A stretch of DNA of 37,783 nucleotides from a virus (Duplodnaviria > Heunggongvirae > Uroviricota > Caudoviricetes), in the IMG/VR virus record IMGVR_UViG_3300029190_000005. The stretch is one strand, 5' to 3'. Shown here piece by piece: positions 16,639 to 25,317 of the stretch. How positions within the stretch are numbered: position 1 is the first letter of the stretch; every line of letters starts with the position of its first letter. A program made the translations under genes and the position numbers. A model generated the notes under the pieces. The model saw only the letters and a list, made by a program, of their open reading frames with translations, was not told where the DNA came from and ran no database searches.

Positions 16639-18318
16639 ATGGCGGAAACAACTAAAGAGCGATTGAACAAACAGTTCGCACAACTTGAAAGCGAGCGTCA
16701 ATCGTTCGAGCCGCACTGGCGCGAGTTGAGTGATTACATCAACCCGCGTGGTTCCCGCTTTCTGACTTCTGAGGTCAACCGTAACGATCGACGCAATACA
16801 CGTATTATTGATTCGACCGGGACTATGGCGGCGCGCACTCTCGCCAGCGGCATGATGTCAGGCATCACAAGCCCCGCGCGTCCGTGGTTTCGCCTGGCTA
16901 CGCCAGATCCTGAAATGATGGATTATGGCCCTGTTAAGTTGTGGCTTGAGGCGGTGCAGAACCGCATGAACGATATGTTCAATAAGTCGAATCTCTATCA
17001 GTCTCTGCCGCAGTTATACGGAAGCCTCGGCACATACAGCACTGGTGCAATGGCAGTGCTGGAGGATGACGAGGACATCATTCGCACAATGCCATTCCCG
17101 ATAGGCAGTTACTACCTGGCTAACTCACCTCGTGGCAGTGTGGACACCTGTTTTCGCAAGTTCTCTATGACTGTTCGTCAGCTTGTTCAGGAGTTCGGGC
17201 TAAATAACGTCAGCGAATCCGTAAAAAGCATGTGGGAAAGCGGCACCTACGAGAAGTGGATTGAAGTGATGCATTCGGTTTACCCGAACATTGACCGCGA
17301 TGCATCGAAGCTGGATAGCAAGAACAAGCCATTCAAATCGGTTTATTACGAGGTTGGTGGCGATAACGACAAGTTGTTGCGCGAGTCCGGATTCGATGAG
17401 TTTCCAATTATGGCTCCGCGCTGGGAAGTTAACGGCGAAGATGTTTATGGATCATCATGCCCGGGTATGCTGGCGCTTGGACCTGTTAAGGCATTGCAGC
17501 TTCTCCAGAAGCGCAAGTCGCAGTTGATTGATAAAGCCACCAATCCGCCGATGGTTGCTCCGACTTCCCTCAAGAATCAGCGCGCCTCCCTTCTTCCTGG
17601 CGACATCACGTATATCGATCAGATTACTGGTCAGGATGGCTTCAGGCCTGCTTATCTGGTTAACCCCAGTACAGCAGATTTGGTGGCAGACATTCAGGAC
17701 ACTCGTCAAATCATTAACAGCGCCTACTTCGTCGATCTGTTCATGATGTTGCAGAACATCAATACCCGCTCAATGCCTGTTGAAGCGGTGATCGAAATGA
17801 AAGAAGAAAAGCTTCTGATGTTGGGGCCGGTTCTGGAGCGTCTGAACGACGAATGTCTTAATCCTCTCATTGACCGCGCTTTCTCGATGATGGTGCGTAA
17901 AAACATGCTGCCGCCACCGCCTGACGCGATGGAAGGTATGCCCCTGAAGGTCGAATACATTTCTGTCATGGCTCAGGCGCAGAAGTCTATCGGCCTGTCC
18001 AGTCTGGCGTCCACGGTTAACTTCATTGGTCAACTTGCGCAAGCGAAACCAGAAGCTTTCGACAAACTCAACGTTGATCAGGCGATCGATGCATTCGCTG
18101 ATATGTCCGGAGTGTCTCCAACCGTCATTGTTCCGCAGGAACAGGTTGAGCAGGCTCGCCAGCAACGGGCACAGCAACAACAGCAGCAACAAATGATGGC
18201 GATGGGGATGGCGGCGGCACAGGGTGCCAAGACGCTAAGCGAAGCTAAAACTTCGGATCCGAGTGTTTTGTCAGCTATGGCGAATGCAGTTAGTGGTCAG
18301 GGTGGGCAATCACAATGA
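16639..18318 (+). CDS. Portal (head-to-tail connector) protein
   Basis: 559 aa immediately after the terminase region and before scaffold and capsid; size, position and C-terminal Gln-rich tail fit podovirus-type portals. Confidence 0.75.
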   Translation: MAETTKERLNKQFAQLESERQSFEPHWRELSDYINPRGSRFLTSEVNRNDRRNTRIIDSTGTMAARTLASGMMSGITSPARPWFRLATPDPEMMDYGPVKLWLEAVQNRMNDMFNKSNLYQSLPQLYGSLGTYSTGAMAVLEDDEDIIRTMPFPIGSYYLANSPRGSVDTCFRKFSMTVRQLVQEFGLNNVSESVKSMWESGTYEKWIEVMHSVYPNIDRDASKLDSKNKPFKSVYYEVGGDNDKLLRESGFDEFPIMAPRWEVNGEDVYGSSCPGMLALGPVKALQLLQKRKSQLIDKATNPPMVAPTSLKNQRASLLPGDITYIDQITGQDGFRPAYLVNPSTADLVADIQDTRQIINSAYFVDLFMMLQNINTRSMPVEAVIEMKEEKLLMLGPVLERLNDECLNPLIDRAFSMMVRKNMLPPPPDAMEGMPLKVEYISVMAQAQKSIGLSSLASTVNFIGQLAQAKPEAFDKLNVDQAIDAFADMSGVSPTVIVPQEQVEQARQQRAQQQQQQQMMAMGMAAAQGAKTLSEAKTSDPSVLSAMANAVSGQGGQSQ

Positions 18319-18611
18319 CAGATTACGAAGACGATCAACTGAAAGAAGAAAACGCCCGTAAGCAACGTGACATGGCACAGCGTGAAATTGATGACATTCG
18401 CTTTGTCATGAGCAGTGAACAGGGGCGTCGCGTTGTCTGGTCTGTGCTGGAGAAAGGCCGGGTGTTTTCCGCTATCTCACCGATGGACGCTATGGCAATG
18501 GCATTTAATGAGGGGCAACGCAATCTGGCGCTGGAACTGTTTCAGCGCGTTATGGCGCATTGCCCTGAACAGTATTTGAAGATGGCCAAAGAGGCCAGTG
18601 AACAGGAGTGA
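18315..18611 (+). CDS. Hypothetical head-assembly-region protein
   Basis: 98-aa ORF translationally coupled to both neighbours. Confidence 0.45.
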   Translation: MTDYEDDQLKEENARKQRDMAQREIDDIRFVMSSEQGRRVVWSVLEKGRVFSAISPMDAMAMAFNEGQRNLALELFQRVMAHCPEQYLKMAKEASEQE

Positions 18612-18613
18612 TC

Positions 18614-19309
18614 ATGAATTTATTTGAGCGTTTGCTGTATCGCCGTCTTTGCAATGAGCAACCAGTCGATGGTGGAGCAGCTCCGGCTGCGTCAGAACCG
18701 TCAGCGCCTGCAGGTGATAACCCTGCTCCAGTTGGTGATCCATCACAACAGGAAGGTGATAAGCCACAACCTGTTGCTGATGGCGATAAACCTGCTGATG
18801 ACAAAAAGCCTGAAAACGATAAGCAGGATGAAAAAAAGGACGGCGATAAACCAGAGGGTGCGCCTGAGAAGTACGAGTTTCAGGCTGCCGAAGGCGTAGA
18901 GCTGGATACAGAAGCGTTGAAGGAGTTCGAGCCGGTGGCGCGAGAACTTAACCTGACCAACGAGCAAGCGCAAAAGCTGGTTGATGCTTATCCGAAAATT
19001 CTGGCAGGTGTTCAGCAGCGCCAGGCAGAAGCCTGGCAGAAAACAACCGAGCAGTGGGCTGCGGATGTAAAAGCTGACAAAGAAATCGGTGGCGACAAGT
19101 TGATTTCTAACCTTAGCGCCGCACAGCGTGCGCTTGACCAGTTCGGGACACCTGAACTCAAAGAATATCTGAACACCACCGGGCTGGGTAATCACCCTGA
19201 TCTGGTCAAAACGTTCGTGAAAATCGGAAAGGCTATGTCTGAAGATGGCATGGTCACCGGTGGTAATGAAGGCCAGCGTAGTGCGGCCGAAGTGCTCTAT
19301 GGCAAATAA
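18614..19309 (+). CDS. Scaffolding protein (putative)
   Basis: Acidic Pro/Asp/Lys-rich N-terminal low-complexity region and helical C-terminus, located between portal and capsid; ATG at 18614 with GGAG upstream. Confidence 0.55.
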   Translation: MNLFERLLYRRLCNEQPVDGGAAPAASEPSAPAGDNPAPVGDPSQQEGDKPQPVADGDKPADDKKPENDKQDEKKDGDKPEGAPEKYEFQAAEGVELDTEALKEFEPVARELNLTNEQAQKLVDAYPKILAGVQQRQAEAWQKTTEQWAADVKADKEIGGDKLISNLSAAQRALDQFGTPELKEYLNTTGLGNHPDLVKTFVKIGKAMSEDGMVTGGNEGQRSAAEVLYGK

Positions 19310-19323
19310 GAGAGGAGATAACA

Positions 19324-20310
19324 ATGTCTGTTAAAGGCTTAACTGCGCTAACGCTGGCTGACTGGGGTAAGCGCGTCGATCCAAATGGGAAAGTCGATAA
19401 GATTATCGAGCTTCTCAATCAAACTAACCCAATTCTTCAGGATATGCCTTTTGTTGAAGGAAACCTTCCTACCGGACACCGAACCACCATTCGTTCTGGT
19501 TTACCTTCTGCTACCTGGCGTTTGCTGAACTATGGCGTACAGCCAAGCAAATCAACCACAGTGCAGGTCACCGATTCCATTGGCATGCTGGAAACCTATG
19601 CTGAAGTCGATAAGTCTCTGGCTGATCTGAACGGTAATACTGCCGAATTCCGTCTGTCTGAAGACCGAGCATTTATTGAAGCGATGAATCAGGCGATGGC
19701 GCAGACACTGTTTTACGGTGATTCCAGCGTTAACCCTCAGCAGTTTATGGGACTGTCCTCCCGCTATTCCAGCCTGTCTGCGGGTAATGCTCAGAACATC
19801 ATTGATGCTGGTGGCACGGGTACAGATAACACTTCAATCTGGTTAGTGGTGTGGGGCGAAAACACCGTGCATGGCATCTTCCCGAAAGGACAGAAGGCTG
19901 GCATTCAGATGGAAGATAAAGGCCAGGTGACACTGGAAGATGCTAAAGGCGGCAAGTACGAAGGTTATCGTACCCATTATAAGTGGGACAACGGGCTGAC
20001 ATTACGTGACTGGCGCTATGTAGTTCGTATCGCAAACATTGATGTCAGTAATCTTGACGCTCCTTCTACTGCCGCGAATATCGCAAAACTGATGATTCGT
20101 GCCCTTCATCGAATCCCAAATCGTGGGATGGGACGTCCTGTTTTCTACATGAACAGAACCATTAACGAAGTGCTTGACCTGCAATCTCTGGAGAAGAGTT
20201 CTCTGGCGATCAGCGTGAAAGAGACAGAAGGCGAATGGTGGACAGCACTTCGTGGTGTGCCGATTCGTGAAACTGACGCACTTCTGGAAACAGAAGCCCG
20301 CGTGGTGTAA
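19324..20310 (+). CDS. Major capsid protein
   Basis: 328 aa following the scaffold gene; followed by a partial hairpin (20327-20346); size and position fit a major capsid protein. Confidence 0.75.
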   Translation: MSVKGLTALTLADWGKRVDPNGKVDKIIELLNQTNPILQDMPFVEGNLPTGHRTTIRSGLPSATWRLLNYGVQPSKSTTVQVTDSIGMLETYAEVDKSLADLNGNTAEFRLSEDRAFIEAMNQAMAQTLFYGDSSVNPQQFMGLSSRYSSLSAGNAQNIIDAGGTGTDNTSIWLVVWGENTVHGIFPKGQKAGIQMEDKGQVTLEDAKGGKYEGYRTHYKWDNGLTLRDWRYVVRIANIDVSNLDAPSTAANIAKLMIRALHRIPNRGMGRPVFYMNRTINEVLDLQSLEKSSLAISVKETEGEWWTALRGVPIRETDALLETEARVV

Positions 20311-20361
20311 CGCCTGTTATTAACCTGTGGGCCGCAACAGGCCCACTAATGGAGAAAGAAG

Positions 20362-20799
20362 ATGATCACCGACAAACTGTTGATGTTCTCCGAAGCACAG
20401 GCGGTAACTGATACCGCGGCTTCTACTGACGTAATCGATCTCGGTCCAATTGACGGAAACCGTCGCGATATCGGTGTGGGTTACCCGCTTGAGTTTTGGG
20501 TGCTGGTTAACGAAGCCGCCACGGCAAGTGGTGAGGCAACTGTAAACATCCAGTTGCAGACGAGTGAGAATAACAGCTCATGGTCCACTATTTATGATAG
20601 TGGCGCACTGGCAAAGGCCACCCTGACAGCAGGTAAGCGAGTTGTTTCTGCAAAGGTGCCTGCCGGTGTTCAGCGATATCTGCGTGTTAACTACTCCGTC
20701 GCAACTGGCCCACTAACGGCTGGCAAATTCACTGCGGGTATCAATCTTGATGTTGATGCCAATACGCCGTATCCGATCCGCTCAAAAGTAACTGGTTAA
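20362..20799 (+). CDS. Hypothetical virion protein (possible capsid decoration)
   Basis: 145 aa, Thr/Ala/Gly-rich beta-like composition, directly after the capsid gene; SD GGAGAAAG. Confidence 0.4.
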   Translation: MITDKLLMFSEAQAVTDTAASTDVIDLGPIDGNRRDIGVGYPLEFWVLVNEAATASGEATVNIQLQTSENNSSWSTIYDSGALAKATLTAGKRVVSAKVPAGVQRYLRVNYSVATGPLTAGKFTAGINLDVDANTPYPIRSKVTG

Positions 20800-20809
20800 G
20801 GTGATATTG

Positions 20810-21145
20810 ATGTCAGGTGAGAAACCAAGATACCGCGTTCTGCGCCTCTCTCATATCCATAACACTCTGTGGCCGGAGGGGGCAGAAATCGAATACGAAG
20901 GTGAGCCTGGTAGCGCACTGGAACCTGTTAACGATGCAGCCAGACAGGCAAAAGCAAAAGTTGCAGGAAAGGTGTCAATGGCAGCAACCAGCACCAAAAT
21001 CATCAACGATGTGTCAGATGATGGTGAACTGGATAAGCTCCGTGAAGAGTACGAATTGCTCTTTAACGAGAAGCCACACCATAACGCCAAAGCCGAAACG
21101 CTCCGCGAGAAGATCGCAGATAAGCGTAAAGAACTGGGCGTGTAA
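20810..21145 (+). CDS. Hypothetical protein
   Basis: ATG at 20810 with AAGGTGA upstream; charged, helical C-terminus. Confidence 0.4.
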   Translation: MSGEKPRYRVLRLSHIHNTLWPEGAEIEYEGEPGSALEPVNDAARQAKAKVAGKVSMAATSTKIINDVSDDGELDKLREEYELLFNEKPHHNAKAETLREKIADKRKELGV

Positions 21146-21162
21146 GCCTCGCGAATCAGACA

Positions 21163-21183
21163 AGGGGCTTCGGCCCCTTTATT
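21163..21183 (+). terminator. Terminator-like hairpin between head and tail gene blocks
   Basis: AGGGGC-TTCG-GCCCCT followed by TTATT; short T-run, probably partial. Confidence 0.35.
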
Positions 21184-21201
21184 GCAGGAGTATAGAAACT
21201 T

Positions 21202-21807
21202 ATGGCCTCTGTAGTAGAGATCTGCAATCGTGCGCTGTCCAATATTGGCAACAGCCGCAGTATTAACAGCCTGACGGAAGCCAGCAAGGAAGCGGGGGAA
21301 TGTTCGCTGCACTTTGAGGCCTGCCGTGATGCTGTGCTTTCTGATTTTGACTGGAACTTTGCTACCAAACGCGTGGCGCTTGCAGATACGAGCAATCCAC
21401 CGCCTGACTGGGAATATGCGTACCAGTACCCGTCCGATTGTCTGCGCATTACTGAAATTATGCTTCCTGGTGTACGCAATCCAACAGCAGCAATGCGCGT
21501 TCAGTACGAAGTTGGTGCAGACACCAACGGAACAGGAAAGTTGATCTACACAGACCAGCCGCAGGCATGGCTCAAGTATGTATCTCGCGTTTCAGATGTG
21601 AACATGTTTGATGCCATTTTTATGGAGGCGTTGGCCTGGCGTCTTGCGGCAGCCATTAACATGGCGCTGACTGGGAATGCAGACCTCGGTACGTTTGCCC
21701 TCAATATGTACAATCGCGTGATTCTTAGTGCTGGCTCGCATAGCCAGAATGAATCACAGGAACCACAGCCACCGGTTGACGAGTTTACCATTGCGAGGTT
21801 GTCCTGA
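21202..21807 (+). CDS. Tail tubular protein A-like (adaptor)
   Basis: 201 aa, immediately upstream of the nozzle-like gene, matching podovirus gp11/gp12 order and size. Confidence 0.5.
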   Translation: MASVVEICNRALSNIGNSRSINSLTEASKEAGECSLHFEACRDAVLSDFDWNFATKRVALADTSNPPPDWEYAYQYPSDCLRITEIMLPGVRNPTAAMRVQYEVGADTNGTGKLIYTDQPQAWLKYVSRVSDVNMFDAIFMEALAWRLAAAINMALTGNADLGTFALNMYNRVILSAGSHSQNESQEPQPPVDEFTIARLS

Positions 21808-24278
21808 TGGCTATCAGTTGGATCCAGCCCAGCTTTGCCGGTGGTGAGATTGGACCGTCGTTGTACGGACGTATCGACATGGCGAAGTACCAGGTGGCAT
21901 TGCGCAAGTGCGATAACTTTATCGTGCGGCAGTATGGCGGCGTTGAGAATCGACCAGGTACGCGTTTTGTCGGTGCCGCAAAATACCCAAATCGGAAATG
22001 CCGCCTGATCCCGTTCCAGTTCTCGACGGTTCAGACCTATGCTCTGGAGTTCGGACACCAGTACATGCGCGTTATCAAAGATGGTGCGTTGGTGCTGAAC
22101 AGCAGCAATGTTATTTATGAAATTGCCACGCCATATACTGAAGCCGATCTGTTCCGAATTAAATTCACGCAAAGCGCCGACGTGCTTACGCTGGTTCACC
22201 CGGCATACCCGCCGAAAGAGTTGCGCCGCTACGCGCATGACAACTGGCAACTGGTTGATGTGGTAACGAAGAACGGGCCATTTGAAGATATCAATATTGA
22301 CGAGTCAGTGACGGTTTATGCCAGCGCCAGCACCGGGACAATTACGTTAACGGCAAGCGCCTCTATTTTTGGCGCGGAGCAGGTAGGCAAATTGTTCTAT
22401 CTGGAACAGCCTGCAGTGGATTCAGTGCCGGTATGGGAAACCAGTAAGAGTACGTCGATTGGCGATATTCGCCGTGCAGACAGTAATTACTATCGCGCCG
22501 TTACAGCAGGCAAAACAGGCACTTTGCGCCCTTCGCATACAGAAGGCACATCATGGGATGGCTGGGGCGGCTCCGGTGATGATGATACTGGCATTGAGTG
22601 GGAGTATCTGCACAGTGGTTTTGGCATTGCCCGTATCACTGCTGTAAACGGCACTACTGCAACTGCCGAGGTGATTTCCTATATCCCTTCGTAGGTCGTT
22701 GGCGAGGATAATGCCAGCTATAAATGGGCTAAATATGCCTGGAACAGTGTTAATGGTTATCCTGGCACTGTTGTTTATTATCAACAACGTCTTTACTTCG
22801 CCGCATCGACTGCGTTCCCTCAGACTATCTGGGCCAGCCGTACCGGGGATTATAAGGATTTTGGCAAAAGCAATCCTACGCAGGATGACGACAGAATTAT
22901 CTACACCTATGCCGGGCGTCAGGTTAATGAGATCCGCCACCTGATTGATGTTGGTTCGCTGGTGGCGCTGACTTCCGGAGGTGAGTACGTCATCACCGGC
23001 GACCAGAACAAAGTGTTAACCCCATCATCATTTGCATTCAGCTCTCAGGGATCAAATGGCTCAAGCAACGTCCCACCAATTGCTGTGGCGAATATTGCTC
23101 TGTTCGTCCAGGAGAAAGGCAGTGTTGTCCGTGATCTGGCCTACTCATTCGATGTTGACGGCTATCAGGGGAACGACCTTACTATCCTTGCCAATCATCT
23201 TTTTCAGAAGCACAGCATTGTTGACTGGTGCTTCTCTATTGTCCCTTACTCCAGCGCCTTCTGCATTCGTGATGACGGTAAATTACTGGTGATGACCTAT
23301 TTGCGTGATCAACAGGTTTTTGCATGGGCACCACAGTCCAGTACCGGAAAATATGAAAGCACATGCAGTATCAGCGAAGGCAATGAAGATGCGGTGTATT
23401 TCGTCATTAACCGAACCGTTAACGGGCAAACAGTGAGATACATCGAGCGACTGTCCAGCCGTTTATTTACCAGCGATGAAGATGCTTTCTTTGTTGATTC
23501 TGGCCTTAGCTATGATGGAAGAAATACGTCTGACAGAACGATGACCATCACTGGTGGTTCTGGTGAATGGGATTACCGTGCGGAATATACAATCAGTGTT
23601 TCTGGTGGTGCGTACTTCACCAGTAGTGATGTCGGCGCGCAACTACAGTTCCCTTATACCGGAACTGATCCTGATACTGGCGATGAAGTGTCAAAAGAAT
23701 TACGTTGCGACATTATTTCTGTAACCAGCAATACCGCAGTAGTGGTTCGTGCTAACAGGAACGTCCCGCCATCCCTCAGGAATGTGGCCACCACGAACTG
23801 GCAGATGGCGCGCCGGACATTTGGCGGCTTGTCTCATCTTGAAGGCCAGACCGTAAACATCCTCTCTGATGCGAACGTGGAACCACAAAAAGTGGTTTCC
23901 GGAGGTGCCGTCACGCTGGAATCACCGGGGGCTGTTGTGCACATCGGCCTGCCAATAACTGCTGAATTCGAAACACTGGATATCAACATTAACGGACAGG
24001 AAACGCTGCTGGACAAAAAACAGGTGATCCCGTCCGTTACTCTGGTTGTGAATGCCAGTCGCGGCATCTGGGCGACTACGCCCGGCGGTAAATGGTACGA
24101 ATATCCACAGCGTGAATTCGAGTTCTACGATGATCCTGTTGATGATGCTACCGGAAAAGTAGAAGTGAAGCTGGACAGTAACTGGGGCAAAAACGGGCGT
24201 GTAAAAATCCGTCAGCTTGACCCGTTGCCGCTGTCTGTTCTTGCCGTTATTCCTCGCCTTACTGTTGGGGGATTCTGA
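21807..24278 (+). pseudogene. Tail tubular protein B-like (nozzle) gene interrupted by one in-frame TAG at 22692-22694
   Basis: One continuous frame from 21807 to 24278 (824 codons) broken only by TAG at 22692-22694 (...AEVISYIPS*VVGEDNASYKW...); the N-terminus MAISWIQPSFAGGEIGPSLYGR resembles podovirus gp12-type proteins. Confidence 0.6.
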
Positions 24279-24742
24279 TGGTCGATGTTCAAATTATTCC
24301 CGCTACCGAAGAGCATCTTCAGATGATTTTGCCGGATGTTCGTCAGGCTGATATTGACGAACTGTATGCGGTATCGCTGATGACTACCGAAGATGCGCTG
24401 CGTGTTGGTCTGCGCACTGCGACTATGGCCTGGTCAGGATTTGCGAACGGAGAACTGGTAACCATGTTTGGCGTATCTCCGGCGTCAATGATCGGTGGCA
24501 ATGGTACGCCCTGGCTGGTAGGAACCAGCCGTATTGAAAAATATCAGAAGACATTTCTGCGCCACTGCCGCCCTGTATTGCAGCAGATGCTGGCAGTTTA
24601 TCCGCGCCTGGAAAACTACGTCGACGAGCGAAACCATGTTGCCAAAGCATGGCTGCACTGGCTTGGATTCAGGCTTGAAGAAGCCGCGCCTTATGGTGCT
24701 CTTGGTCTTAATTTCCACAGATTTCACATGGAGAGAAAATAA
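24278..24742 (+). CDS. Virion-associated protein (internal virion protein A-like position)
   Basis: 154 aa, translationally coupled (TGATG) to the nozzle gene; assignment by synteny only. Confidence 0.4.
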   Translation: MVDVQIIPATEEHLQMILPDVRQADIDELYAVSLMTTEDALRVGLRTATMAWSGFANGELVTMFGVSPASMIGGNGTPWLVGTSRIEKYQKTFLRHCRPVLQQMLAVYPRLENYVDERNHVAKAWLHWLGFRLEEAAPYGALGLNFHRFHMERK

Positions 24743-25317
24743 TGTGCGATCCGGTTATTGCTGGTGGCGCAATGCTCGCCATGAGTGGCATTCAGGCATA
24801 CACCCAGTACCAACAGGGAAAGTATGCCTCGAAGGTTGCAGAAGCGAACGCAGATATAGCCACAGCTCAGGCAAATGATGCAATAAACAGAGGTAACGCT
24901 GAAGCTGAGCAACGACGCAGAGAGACCCGACAGCGGCTTGGTACACAGGCGGCGACAATGGGGGCTACCGGCGCTGATTTATCTACAGGTAACGCGCTGG
25001 ATATATTTGGCGACACTGCCCAGTTTGGCGCTCTTGATTCGCTGACGACGGTGAATAACGCGCAACGCGAGGCTTACGGTTATCAGGTTCAGGCTGCCAA
25101 CTATAAAGCAGAAGCCAGTTCAGCCCGTAAACAGGGGAATGTAGGAGCAGCAACAACATTGCTCACTGCGCCTCTGAAGGCATACGGTGCGTACCAGATG
25201 TTTGGTGGGACGTGGAGTCCGTTCTCTAAAGGAAGTACATCTAGTGGTGGGACGCCAATGTTATCTAACTCAGGTTTTATGAATTCTGACTCCCGATTCA
25301 AAATAGGAGGTTACTGA
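24742..25317 (+). CDS. Internal virion / ejection protein (gp14-like position)
   Basis: 191 aa, Ala/Gly/Gln-rich with an N-terminal hydrophobic segment; by synteny. Confidence 0.45.
   Translation: MCDPVIAGGAMLAMSGIQAYTQYQQGKYASKVAEANADIATAQANDAINRGNAEAEQRRRETRQRLGTQAATMGATGADLSTGNALDIFGDTAQFGALDSLTTVNNAQREAYGYQVQAANYKAEASSARKQGNVGAATTLLTAPLKAYGAYQMFGGTWSPFSKGSTSSGGTPMLSNSGFMNSDSRFKIGGY

Noticed and set aside
22699-22944. Separate 81-aa ORF in a different frame between the two halves of the nozzle-like gene
   Set aside because: The main frame (same frame as 21807 and 22962) is open across this whole interval apart from the TAG at 22692-22694, so this overlapping ORF is a by-product, not a gene or evidence of frameshifting.
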